From the NCBI GenBank assembly GCA_031459875.1, contig JAVKHQ010000037.1:1-23147 (forward strand): a DNA stretch of 23,147 bases, given 5' to 3'. Made by a program: the position numbers and the translations under genes. This DNA is from Candidatus Fervidifonticultor sextus (GTDB lineage: Bacteria > Sysuimicrobiota > Sysuimicrobiia > Sysuimicrobiales > Humicultoraceae). Under the pieces are notes generated by a model. It was given only the letters and a program-made list of their open reading frames with translations, had not been told where the DNA came from and searched no databases. This document shows, piece by piece, positions 1-8,745 of the stretch; position 1 is the first letter of the stretch; each line of letters opens with the position of its first letter.

Positions 1-826
1 TAGGGTTGTGCGCCACGGTGGCCCCTGAGGCCAGAAGCAACTCGACCTCTTCGCCGTTCAGGTGGATGCAGTGGGCCAGGAGGGCATCGGGGCCGAGCGC
101 TCCTGCCCTGGCCAGACGCTGGATCACGCGCATCCCAAACCGGGCCTGGCAGTCGCGCTGGTCCGCGCCGTCCTCGGCCGCGTGGATGTGGATGCCCACA
201 CCGGCCTGCCTGGCCACGTCGACGCAGGCGGCCAGCGTCTCGTCCGAGAGCGTGAACGAGGCGTGCGCTCCGGCCATCCCCCGCGCCAGCCGGCGGGCCT
301 GTGCCAGAAACCGGCGGTTCTCCCGCAGGCCCGCTGCGGCGCGTTCGGGGCCGTCGCGGTCGGTGACCTCATAGCAGAGCACCGATCGCACGCCCAGCGT
401 CTCCAGCGCGTCGGCGATGATGTCCAGGGATCCGTCGATGGCGTTCGGCGAGGCGTGGTGGTCGATCAGCGTGGTCGTCCCGCACAGCAGCGCGCCCATC
501 CCGCCCACCAGCGCCGAGGCCCGGATGGCCTCCTCGTCCAGCGCCCGGTCCAGCCGCCACCACACCCGCTGGAGAATCTGGGTGAAGTTCGCCGGGGGAT
601 CGAGCCGGTAGGGCATGCCCCGGGCCAGAGCCGAGTACAGGTGGGTGTGGGCGCAGACGTTGCCCGGGATCACCAGGCATCCCGAGCAGTCGCGGTGGGC
701 GCCGCCGGGAGCCGCGGCACCGGCGCCCGCGATCCGGCCGTCGGCCACGACGAGATCGGCGGCCTCGAGCCTCGGCGGATCCAGCGACCGGACGACGGTC
801 CCTCCGGTGAGGGTCAGCGTGCCGAT
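1..826 (-). CDS. ssnA: SsnA-like putative aminohydrolase (amidohydrolase superfamily), 3'-truncated by the window edge
   Basis: Not in the ORF track (no stop in window). Hand translation gives IGTLTLTGGTVV...GNVCAHTHLYSALARGMP...ILQRVWWRLDRAL...GTTTLIDHHASP...CYEVTDRDG...GAHASFTLSD...HIHAAED...AHCIHL...VAHNP, the motifs typical of SsnA. Lies directly after a Se-type XDH. Probable ATC start at 826 behind GAGGG. Confidence 0.88.
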   Translation of the reverse strand, partial: MGTLTLTGGTVVRSLDPPRLEAADLVVADGRIAGAGAAAPGGAHRDCSGCLVIPGNVCAHTHLYSALARGMPYRLDPPANFTQILQRVWWRLDRALDEEAIRASALVGGMGALLCGTTTLIDHHASPNAIDGSLDIIADALETLGVRSVLCYEVTDRDGPERAAAGLRENRRFLAQARRLARGMAGAHASFTLSDETLAACVDVARQAGVGIHIHAAEDGADQRDCQARFGMRVIQRLARAGALGPDALLAHCIHLNGEEVELLLASGATVAHNP

Positions 827-842
827 GGGAAACCCTCGCTCT

Positions 843-3458
843 CTATCGGGCGCGGGCGGGCACGGACACCTTCGGGCAGGCGGCCCGCGCGGCCGGCGAA
901 TCCTTCATCGGCAGCCGCGTGCGGCGGATGCCGTCGAAGGCGTACAGCGCACCGGCCACCGCGCCGGCCGTGGGAACCAGCGCGATCTCCCCGACCCCCT
1001 TGGCCCCGTACGGCCCTTCCGGCTGGTACTCTTCGACGAAGATGCACTCGACCTCGGGCATCCCGGCAGGCGGGATGATGTTCAGAGACTTCAGCGTGGT
1101 GGTCACCGGCACGCCGCGCTCCACGACCAACTCCTCGGACAGCGCGTGGCCCAGCCCCATGTGGATGCCGCCCTCGATCTGGCCTTCCAGCAGCGTGGGG
1201 TTGATGACCTTGCCCACGTCGTGGGCCGCGACAACCTTGGCGATGCGACCCTCCTCGTCGAGGATCACCACCTGGGCGGCCCAGCCGTAGGCGAAGTGCG
1301 TGGCGGCGCCCTCGGGGCCGGATCCCGGCTTGTAGGTCCAGTCCACGACGACCTCGCCGTAGAACTCCTGCCCGGCCAGGTCCACCAGCCGGCGGCCGTC
1401 CAGGGCGGCCTTCAACTTGTTCGCGGCTGCGATGACCGCCCGGCCGCCCAGCACGGTCGAGCGCGAGGCGGTGGTCTGGCCGGTGTCGAGTTCGCGCAGG
1501 GTGTCCACCACGACGTGCACGCGGTCGGGCGGAAGACCGAGTTCTTCACAGGCGATCTGCTGCAGGGCGGTGTGGACGCCCTGGCCCATCTCGGTCCAGG
1601 AGTGGAAGAGCGTGACCGTGCCGTCGGCCTCGGGCCGCAGGATCGCCTTACCGTATTCCTTCAACCCGTTGCCCACGCCGGTGTTCTTGACCCCGCAGGC
1701 GATGCCGGCGTACTTCGCCGACCGGTAGGCGTCCCGCACGGCCAGCAGGCACCGCTTGACCCCCACGCCCGGGCCGAGCCGCTGCCCGGTGCCGAAGAGA
1801 TCCCCGACCTCGAGGGCGTTGCGCCAGCGCATCTCCCACCCGTCCAGGCCGACCTTCTCGGCCAGGATGTCCATCATCCCTTCCATGGCGAACTGCGCCT
1901 GGTGGGAGCCGAACCCCCGCATGGCGCCGGCCGGCGGATTGTTGGTGTAGACCGCGGTGGCCTCGATGTCCACCGCGGGCACGCGGTAGGCGCCGCAGGC
2001 GTGGCCGGCGGCCCGCTCCAACACCTTGTCGCCGACGCTGGCGTAGGCGCCGGTATCCCCGACGATGCGGGCCCGGACCGCCACCAGGCGACCGTCGGCA
2101 TCGCAGCCCACCGTGTAGGTGAGCGTCATGGGATGGCGCTTGGGGTGGAAGCGGATGCTCTCGGCCCGGGAGAGCGTCAGCAGCACCGGCCGGCCGGTCC
2201 TGGCGGCCAGCAGGGCGGCGTGGCCCTGGACGTTCAGGTCCTCCTTGGCCCCAAAGGCCCCGCCGTTGGAGACCTGCGTGACCCGCACCTTTTCTGCGGG
2301 CAGCGCCAGCAGCGACGCGATCTGGCGCCGGTCGTCCCAGACGCCCTGGCCTTGAGAATAGACGTGGAGTCCGCCATTGCCGTCGGGTACCGCCAGGGCT
2401 GCCTCCGGCTCCAGGAAGGCGTGCTCGACGAACTGGGTCACGAAGGTCTCGGTGGCCACGTGGGCCGCCTGAGCCAGCGCGGCGTCCACATCGCCCCGCT
2501 TCACCGTGGAGACGGAGAGGATGTTCCCGCCCTCGTGGATCTCGGGGGCCCCCGGTGCGAGCGCTTCGAACGGGTCGGTGACCGGGGGCAGGACCTCGTA
2601 GGCGACTTCGATGAGACCGGCGGCCTCGCGGGCCGCGTCGCGTGTCTCGGCGGCCACGGCGGCCAGGACGTCGCCCACGTAGTTGGTGGTCTCCCCCTCG
2701 GCCACGAACTGGCGCCAGTCCCGCGTGATCAGACCCTGCCGGCGCTCGCCCGGCACGTCCTTCCACGTGACGACCGCCACCACGCCGGGGTAGGCCTCGG
2801 CCTTCGAGGTGTCGATCCGGACGACGCGCGCCCGGGGATGGTCGGACCAGCGGATCGCGCCGTGGAGCATCCCCGGCACCCGCATGTCGTTGACGTAGGG
2901 CTTGTCGCCCAGCGCCAGCTCGCGGCCCTGGTAGCGGGCCGTGCGCGAGCCGACGCGGCCGCTCTGGTCAATGGCGGGCAGCGGACCGCCGCGTCGGACG
3001 GCGGCGGCCATCTGGATCGCGTCGATGATCTTGATGTAGCCGGTGCAGCGGCACAGGTTCCCGGCCAGCGCCCGGGCGATCTCGTCGCGGGTGGGAGCGG
3101 GCTGGCGGGCCAGCAGCGCTTCGGCCTTCATGACGATGCCGGGCGAGCAGAAGCCGCACTGGGAGGCGCCGGCGGCCACGAAGCAGGTCGCCCAGACCTC
3201 GCGCGCGTCAGGCGACAGGCCCTCCTGGGTGGTGACGTGCTTGCCTGCAAACCGGCTGGCCGGCTGCGCGCACGAGACCACAGCCCGGCCGTCAACGACC
3301 ACCGTGCACGCGCCGCAGGATCCTTCGGGGGCGCAGCCGTCCTTCACGGAAGTGATCCCGCAACCGTCCCGCAGGACTTCCAGCAGGCTGGCCCCCTCGC
3401 GGACGTCGACCGAGACCGGCCGGCCGTTGAGGATGAACTGCAGCGTGCGACGGCTCAT
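843..3458 (-). CDS. Fused [2Fe-2S] + molybdopterin-binding molybdenum hydroxylase, selenium-dependent xanthine dehydrogenase type (871 aa)
   Basis: N-terminal GCAPEGSCGAC and QCGFC...NLCRCTGY Fe-S motifs. Mo domain GGAFGAKED, AMRGFG, KNTGVGNG, EMGQG, TTASRST, GAKGVGE. Length, fused architecture and adjacency to ssnA match the Se-dependent XDH family. Confidence 0.85.
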   Translation of the reverse strand: MSRRTLQFILNGRPVSVDVREGASLLEVLRDGCGITSVKDGCAPEGSCGACTVVVDGRAVVSCAQPASRFAGKHVTTQEGLSPDAREVWATCFVAAGASQCGFCSPGIVMKAEALLARQPAPTRDEIARALAGNLCRCTGYIKIIDAIQMAAAVRRGGPLPAIDQSGRVGSRTARYQGRELALGDKPYVNDMRVPGMLHGAIRWSDHPRARVVRIDTSKAEAYPGVVAVVTWKDVPGERRQGLITRDWRQFVAEGETTNYVGDVLAAVAAETRDAAREAAGLIEVAYEVLPPVTDPFEALAPGAPEIHEGGNILSVSTVKRGDVDAALAQAAHVATETFVTQFVEHAFLEPEAALAVPDGNGGLHVYSQGQGVWDDRRQIASLLALPAEKVRVTQVSNGGAFGAKEDLNVQGHAALLAARTGRPVLLTLSRAESIRFHPKRHPMTLTYTVGCDADGRLVAVRARIVGDTGAYASVGDKVLERAAGHACGAYRVPAVDIEATAVYTNNPPAGAMRGFGSHQAQFAMEGMMDILAEKVGLDGWEMRWRNALEVGDLFGTGQRLGPGVGVKRCLLAVRDAYRSAKYAGIACGVKNTGVGNGLKEYGKAILRPEADGTVTLFHSWTEMGQGVHTALQQIACEELGLPPDRVHVVVDTLRELDTGQTTASRSTVLGGRAVIAAANKLKAALDGRRLVDLAGQEFYGEVVVDWTYKPGSGPEGAATHFAYGWAAQVVILDEEGRIAKVVAAHDVGKVINPTLLEGQIEGGIHMGLGHALSEELVVERGVPVTTTLKSLNIIPPAGMPEVECIFVEEYQPEGPYGAKGVGEIALVPTAGAVAGALYAFDGIRRTRLPMKDSPAARAACPKVSVPARAR

Positions 3459-3479
3459 CTCTGCCCACCCGCTGTCTTC

Positions 3480-3508
3480 ATTCCCTGCCCGGGGGAGGCG
3501 TCTCCTGC
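3480..3508 (-). promoter_or_regulatory. Sigma-H-like promoter candidate GCAGGA-N19-GAAT upstream of the Se-type XDH
   Basis: Minus strand GCAGGA (3508-3503) and GAAT (3483-3480), 21 nt before the ATG at 3458. Spacer is one nt longer than the Bacillus sigma-H consensus. Confidence 0.4.
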
Positions 3509-3518
3509 CTCATGCCGT

Positions 3519-3537
3519 GCCGATCCATCGGATCGGC
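3519..3537. terminator. Perfect 8-bp hairpin after pucD (terminator or mRNA-stabilising stem; no U-tract)
   Basis: GCCGATCC-ATC-GGATCGGC, 25 nt downstream of the pucD stop and just upstream of the promoter candidate. Confidence 0.4.
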
Positions 3538-3562
3538 CGCCCCCCGGCCGGGCGTGGCGCCG

Positions 3563-5959
3563 TTAGTTTCCGCGCATGAGGTGCTGCTGACCCGTGTCCA
3601 GCCCGTAGTAGTGGGGGACCGGCTCCGGCCCCGGCACCGCCGGCGGAGGCGGCGGCGGGCCGGTGGATGCCGGGGGGCTGAGGCCGATCAGGTCGTCGGG
3701 GCGGACTGGCACGCGGTTGAGTTCGCGGCCGGTGGCGTCCCGCAGCGCGGCGACGATGGCCGGGGTGGCCACGATGGTGGCCATCTCGCCCACTCCCTTC
3801 ACGCCGTAGGGGGACCCGGGCTCCGGGTCCTCAAGGACGACGGACTCCACTGGCGGCATGTCGAGGATCGTGGGAATCAGGTAGTCGGTGAACGAGGCGT
3901 TGCGGATACGGCCCTCTTCCAGCTGAATCTCCTCCATCAGCGCCAGCCCCAATCCGATGGCCGCGCCGCCCTCGACCTGGCCCGTCACCCCCTGGGGGTT
4001 GAGCATCCGGCCGACCTCGTGGGCCGCGGCGAGCTGGACCACCCGGACCAGGCCAAGGTCCAGGTCCACGTCCACCACCGCGCGCTGGGCGGCGAACCCA
4101 AACGCCACGTGCACGTCGCCCTGTCCCCGGGCGTCCATCGGTTGGGTCCTGCGGTGGTGGTAGACACGCGTCTGCTCAATGGGCGGCTCGAGATAGGCCC
4201 CGACCTCCCCAACGGGTGCGCCGCCGACGAGGACGAGGCCGCCTTCGAGGGACCACTCGCCAGACAGCGCCTGCCCGGCGGCGGCCGCGCGGGCGGCCAC
4301 CCGCGCGAAGAGTTCGTCGCGCACGGCCTGGCAGGCCAACTGCACCGCGCCGCCTGACATCATCGTCTGCCGCGACGCCGAGGTGGAGCCTGCCGAGCCC
4401 ACGTGGGTGTCCGGCTGGCGCACCAGCACCTGCTCGACTCCCAGTTCCGTCCGCGCGATCTGAGCCAGAACCGTGTGCAGACCCTGGCCGACTTCGGCGG
4501 CCGCGGTGTGGATCTCCACCACCGGGCCCGACGGGCCGGCGAAAAGGCGGACGCGCGCCTCCGCCGAGTCGTCGAACCCGCCGCTGTAGGCGATGTTCTT
4601 GTAGCCGACGGCGAATCCCACCCCCCGGCGGATGCCCTCGCCGCGCGAGACGTTGCCGGCTCCCCCGGGCAGCGACAGCGGGTGACGGTCGCCCTCGTCG
4701 GTGGGCATCGGGAGCTGTGCGCAGCGCCGGATCACCTCGCGCACCGGCGCGCTGCCCCGGATCACCTGGCCGGTGGGCAGGACCGAACCCGGTCCGACGG
4801 CGTTGCGGAGCCGCAACTCGATCGGGTCCATCCCCAGCGCCCGGGCCAGTTTGTCCATCTGCGACTCGTAGGCGAAGCAGACCTGCGGCGCGCCGAAGCC
4901 GCGCATGGCGCCGCAGGGCGGGTTGTTGGTGTAGACGCGCGTCGCCTCGATGAGGGCATTGGGCACCTCGTAGGGCCCGGTGGCGAAGGTGGCGGCGTTG
5001 CCCAGCACCGCCGCCCCTGAGGACGCATAGGCGCCGCCGTCAAGCAGGATGCGGGCGTAGACGTTGACCAGCCGGCCGTCGCGGGTCGCGCCGTGGCGCA
5101 TCCAGATCCGCGACGGGTGCCGGTGGACGTGCCCGAAGAACGACTCCTCGCGGCTGTAGACCATCTTCACCGGCTTCCCGGTGCGCAGCGCCAGCATGCA
5201 GGCGTGGATGTGCATGCTGACGTCCTCCCGGGCGCCAAACGCCCCGCCGACGCCGGCCAGGTAGAGCCGCACCTTCTCCGGCGGCAGGTTCAGGCAGGGG
5301 GCCATCTGCTCGCGGTCCACGTGCAGCCACTGGGTGGCCACATAGAGGTCGACGCCGCCGTCCGGTGCGGGGACCGCCAACCCCGACTCGGGTCCCAGGA
5401 ACGCCTGGTCCTGCATCCCGGTCTCGTAGTAGCCCTCGACCCACACGTCGGCGGAGGCCGTCGGGTCTCCGTGCTCGATCCGGACGTGGCGCAGGACGTT
5501 GCCGAAGTCGTGGATCCTGGGCGCATCGGGACGGAGCGCCTCCGCCATGTCCGTGACGGCCGGCAGGACCTCGTAGTCCACGACGATCTTCCCCGCGGCC
5601 TGGCGGGCGGTCTCGGGGTCGATGGCGGCCAGGATCGCCACCGGCTCACCGGCGAAGCGCACGCGGTCGTAGGCCAGCACCGGCTGGTCGGCGAATTCCA
5701 GGCCGAAGGTCTTGCGGCCGGGCACGTCGTCGGCGGTGAGCACGCAGTGCACGCCCGGGGTGGCCAGGGCCCTCGAGACGTCGATCGAGCGGATCCGGGC
5801 GTGGGGGTGGGGACTGCGCAGGGTGTGGCCCCAGAGCATCTCCTCGGCCCACAGGTCGCTGCCGAAGAGGAACTGGCCTTTGACCTTGGGCACGCCGTCG
5901 ATCCGCCAGACGCGTTCGCCGACGCCGCCGCGTGTCTTCGTCAGGGTCCGTGTGCTCAT
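3563..5959 (-). CDS. pucD: Xanthine dehydrogenase molybdopterin-binding subunit (PucD-like, 798 aa)
   Basis: True start ATG 5959 (MSTRTLTK) with GAGG SD; the ORF-track extension to 6271 overlaps the upstream gene. Motifs GMQDQAFLGPE, GGAFGARED, HVHRHP, AMRGFG, EVGQG, TSASRQT, GVKGVGE. Confidence 0.9.
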   Translation of the reverse strand: MSTRTLTKTRGGVGERVWRIDGVPKVKGQFLFGSDLWAEEMLWGHTLRSPHPHARIRSIDVSRALATPGVHCVLTADDVPGRKTFGLEFADQPVLAYDRVRFAGEPVAILAAIDPETARQAAGKIVVDYEVLPAVTDMAEALRPDAPRIHDFGNVLRHVRIEHGDPTASADVWVEGYYETGMQDQAFLGPESGLAVPAPDGGVDLYVATQWLHVDREQMAPCLNLPPEKVRLYLAGVGGAFGAREDVSMHIHACMLALRTGKPVKMVYSREESFFGHVHRHPSRIWMRHGATRDGRLVNVYARILLDGGAYASSGAAVLGNAATFATGPYEVPNALIEATRVYTNNPPCGAMRGFGAPQVCFAYESQMDKLARALGMDPIELRLRNAVGPGSVLPTGQVIRGSAPVREVIRRCAQLPMPTDEGDRHPLSLPGGAGNVSRGEGIRRGVGFAVGYKNIAYSGGFDDSAEARVRLFAGPSGPVVEIHTAAAEVGQGLHTVLAQIARTELGVEQVLVRQPDTHVGSAGSTSASRQTMMSGGAVQLACQAVRDELFARVAARAAAAGQALSGEWSLEGGLVLVGGAPVGEVGAYLEPPIEQTRVYHHRRTQPMDARGQGDVHVAFGFAAQRAVVDVDLDLGLVRVVQLAAAHEVGRMLNPQGVTGQVEGGAAIGLGLALMEEIQLEEGRIRNASFTDYLIPTILDMPPVESVVLEDPEPGSPYGVKGVGEMATIVATPAIVAALRDATGRELNRVPVRPDDLIGLSPPASTGPPPPPPAVPGPEPVPHYYGLDTGQQHLMRGN

Positions 5960-5969
5960 GGCGCGATCC

Positions 5970-7388
5970 TCACCCGACCGCAGGGCGCGCGTCCCAGACC
6001 CCCGCGCGCCGGGCAATCCGGTCGGCCATCCGGCGGCCTGCCGCCGCGATGGCCTCTTCGTCGGCGCCGACCAGCCGGCCCTGGTGCACCACCGCGCGTC
6101 CGTCGACCAGGAGGTGCCGTACGCGCTGGGGCGTGCAGAAGACCAGGGCGGCCACCGGGTCGGCGCCCGCCCCCACGTGCTCCAGGCCGTCGACACCGAA
6201 GAGGGCGACGTCGGCCCGCTTCCCGACTTCCAGCGATCCGATGTCGTCCCGGCCCAGGCAGGCCGCCCCACCGCGGGTGGCGATCCGCAGCGCCTCGCGC
6301 GCGCTCATGGCCGCCGCGCCGCGCCCGCGCGCCGCCAGCAGGCCCGTCCGGGCCTCCGCCAGCAGGTGGCCGCTGTCGTTCGAGGCGGAGCCGTCCACGC
6401 CCAGGCCGACCCGGGCACCGGCGTCCAGCAGCGAGCGCACCGGCGCGACCCCCGAGCCCAGACGGAGGTTCGACGTCGGGCACCAGGCGACGCTGGCGGC
6501 GGCCTCGGCGATGCGGCGGATGCCGCGGTCGTCGAGGTGGACGCAGTGGGCCAGCCACACGTCCGGTCCGATCCACCCCAGGTCGTCCAGCACCTCCAGC
6601 GGCGCCTTCCCGTAGTGCGCCCGGCAGTAGGCCTCTTCGTCCAGCGTCTCGGCGATGTGGGTGTGGAGCCGGACGCCGAGCCGACGGGCCAGCCTGGCGG
6701 ATTCCCGCATCAGCCGGTCGGTGACCGAGAACGGCGAGCAGGGCGCGACGGCCAGGCGCAGCATGGCCCCGGGGGAGGGATCGTGGAAGCGGCGCACGGC
6801 GGTCTCGGTCTGCGCCAGGATCGCCTCGGTGTCCTGCACGAGGTCGTCGGGCGGCAGCCCGCCTGATGACGCGCCGAGATCCATCGACCCGCGGCAGGGA
6901 TGGAAGCGCAGGCCGACTTCGCGCGCCGCCGCGATCTCCGCCTCGAGCAAGTCCAGCCCGTCGCCGACCTTCGGGAAGATGTAGTGGTGATCGGTCGTCG
7001 TCGCGCATCCCGACAGCGCCAGTTCGGCCAGCCCGACCCGCGCCGCGGCAAAGACCCACTCCTCGTCCACCCCGGCCCAGAGGGGGTAGAGGGCGCGCAG
7101 CCACCCGAAGAGCCCCTGGTCCTGGGCGCACGCCCGGGTGAGGGTCTGATAGAGGTGGTGGTGGGCGTTGACCAGCCCGGGGAGGGCCACGGTCCCCCGG
7201 CCGTCGAGGCGCTGCATGTCCTGGTGGGCGGTCGGAGGCGGGCCCGCCCCGACCCAGGTGATGACCCCGTCCTCGACCAGGAGGGACCCGCCGGGGATCT
7301 CGGTTCCCCGGTCGTCCATGGTCACGACCACCTCGCAGTCGTGGATCAGGAGTGGGTTGGACGCGGTTCGGTCGTACGCGAGACCCAT
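5970..7388 (-). CDS. 8-oxoguanine deaminase family amidohydrolase (472 aa)
   Basis: HHHLYQTLTR, LFGWL, DHHY, RGSM, PCSPFS, HTHIAET, WLAHCVH, CPTSNLRLGSG, GVDGSASND. The Gln and PCS motifs are characteristic of 8-oxoguanine deaminase. Confidence 0.88.
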   Translation of the reverse strand: MGLAYDRTASNPLLIHDCEVVVTMDDRGTEIPGGSLLVEDGVITWVGAGPPPTAHQDMQRLDGRGTVALPGLVNAHHHLYQTLTRACAQDQGLFGWLRALYPLWAGVDEEWVFAAARVGLAELALSGCATTTDHHYIFPKVGDGLDLLEAEIAAAREVGLRFHPCRGSMDLGASSGGLPPDDLVQDTEAILAQTETAVRRFHDPSPGAMLRLAVAPCSPFSVTDRLMRESARLARRLGVRLHTHIAETLDEEAYCRAHYGKAPLEVLDDLGWIGPDVWLAHCVHLDDRGIRRIAEAAASVAWCPTSNLRLGSGVAPVRSLLDAGARVGLGVDGSASNDSGHLLAEARTGLLAARGRGAAAMSAREALRIATRGGAACLGRDDIGSLEVGKRADVALFGVDGLEHVGAGADPVAALVFCTPQRVRHLLVDGRAVVHQGRLVGADEEAIAAAGRRMADRIARRAGVWDARPAVG

Positions 7389-7404
7389 GGGAGTTCGCCC
7401 CGCT

Positions 7405-7878
7405 CTAGGACGCCGCGCGTCGCATCATGTCGGCGGCCAGGGCCACCGCCTCGAGGATCTTCACGTACCCGGTGCACCGGCACAGGTTGCCTGATAGGGC
7501 CTCGCGGACCGTGGGCTCGTCGGGTGCGGGCTCCCTCGCGAGCAGGTCGGCGACGGCGACGATCAGGCCCGGGGTGCAGAAGCCGCACTGCACGGCGCCG
7601 GTCTCCAGGAAGGCCTCCTGCACGGGGTGCAGGCGCTCTCCCGCAGCCAGCGACTCGACGGTCCGCACGTCGCGCTCGTGGGCCTGGGCCGCCAGCACCA
7701 GGCAGGAGCAGACGAGGTCACCGTCCAGCCACACCGAGCATGACCCGCACTCGCCCTGCTCGCACGCGTTCTTCGAGCCCGGCAGGCCCAGGTGCTCGCG
7801 CAACATGAACAGCAGGCTCGCCCCCGGCCAGACGTCGGCGGTACGCCACTCGCCGTTGACCTTCGCGCGGACGATCAT
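7405..7878 (-). CDS. pucE: Xanthine dehydrogenase [2Fe-2S] subunit (PucE/CoxS-like, 157 aa)
   Basis: GSKNACEQGECGSC...C and QCGFC...NLCRCTGY. ATGA overlap with the FAD subunit stop. Confidence 0.92.
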   Translation of the reverse strand: MIVRAKVNGEWRTADVWPGASLLFMLREHLGLPGSKNACEQGECGSCSVWLDGDLVCSCLVLAAQAHERDVRTVESLAAGERLHPVQEAFLETGAVQCGFCTPGLIVAVADLLAREPAPDEPTVREALSGNLCRCTGYVKILEAVALAADMMRRAAS

Positions 7879-8741
7879 CGGCGTCGGTCCTCCAGGGCCC
7901 AGGCCAGGGCCCGCCGGGCCAGGACCGCGCAGGCGTGGCGGCGGTACGCGGCGGTGCCCCGCACGTCGTCGATGGGCCGCGCGGCTGCGGCCACGCGCTC
8001 GCCGAACTCCTGGAGCGCGCGGGGGGGCAGCGCCGCCGCCGGGTCGTCCCAGGTCCCGGCGCCGGCGAGCGCCGCCGCCGCATAGGCCTCGGCCTCCGGC
8101 GCCCGCAGGATGGTGGGGCCGACCGAACCGAGCGCCACCCGCACGACGCGCCGGTCCTCATCGAGCACCAGGCAGAGGCTGGCCACGGCGATGACCATGG
8201 CGTTGCGCGGGCCGATCTTCGAGAACGACCCGGGGCCCCGGACCACGCGCCAGCGCACGCCGAGGATCAACTCATCTGGCGCCAGGGTGGTCTGCTTGGG
8301 CCCGACCATGAACCGATCCCACGGCACGGACCGGGTCCGTCCCCCGGCCCTGACGAGGACCACCTCCGCATCGTAGGCCGCCAGCACCGGCAGCGCGTCG
8401 CCCGCGGGCGAGGCCGTGCCCAGGTTCCCGCCGATGGTCCCGCGGTTGCGGATCTGCGGGGAGCCGACCGAGCGCGACGCCTGGACCAGGGGCACGAACT
8501 CCGGGAGGTCGCGGATGATCCGGCTGTACGTCACCCCGGCCCCCAGGAAGCACGTCCCGTCTTCGCGGCGCCAGCCCCGCAACTCCGGGATCCGGCTGAC
8601 GTCCATCAGGGCCGCCGGCCGCCGGCGCCCGAAGTTCAGCTCCACCATGAGGTCGGTGCCCCCGGCAATGGGGACGGCTTCGGGGCGGTCGGCTTTCATC
8701 GCCAGGGCTTCCTCCAGCGTGCGGGGGAGGAGGACGTCCAG
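7875..8741 (-). CDS. pucC: Xanthine dehydrogenase FAD-binding subunit (PucC/CoxM-like, ~288 aa), probable CTG start
   Basis: AGGTDL, QIRNRGTIGGNL, ASPAGD, DDVRGTAAYR. Frame extends 14 codons upstream of the ATG at 8699 to CTG 8741 (xDVLLPRTLEEAL), 7 nt after AAGGAG. Confidence 0.9.
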   Translation of the reverse strand: MDVLLPRTLEEALAMKADRPEAVPIAGGTDLMVELNFGRRRPAALMDVSRIPELRGWRREDGTCFLGAGVTYSRIIRDLPEFVPLVQASRSVGSPQIRNRGTIGGNLGTASPAGDALPVLAAYDAEVVLVRAGGRTRSVPWDRFMVGPKQTTLAPDELILGVRWRVVRGPGSFSKIGPRNAMVIAVASLCLVLDEDRRVVRVALGSVGPTILRAPEAEAYAAAALAGAGTWDDPAAALPPRALQEFGERVAAAARPIDDVRGTAAYRRHACAVLARRALAWALEDRRR

Positions 8742-8745
8742 GATC

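Noticed and set aside
814..1047. G GGT TTC slippery-type heptamer (835-829) in phase in a 77-aa ORF, which would shift -1 into the ssnA frame
   Set aside because: The feeder ORF is an alternative frame inside the xdh 3' end with no credible SD or coding signal; ATC initiation behind GAGGG is simpler.
843..3458. Selenocysteine (in-frame TGA) recoding in the Se-type XDH or neighbouring genes
   Set aside because: No in-frame TGA interrupts any gene, TGA stops fall at or beyond expected C-termini, and this enzyme family uses a labile Se cofactor rather than Sec.
615..3566. 983-aa plus-strand ORF (and similar ones at 62-1078, 5093-6724, 9632-12427, 12769-14127)
   Set aside because: Antisense shadows of well-supported minus-strand genes; typical of high-GC codon bias; no recognisable motifs.
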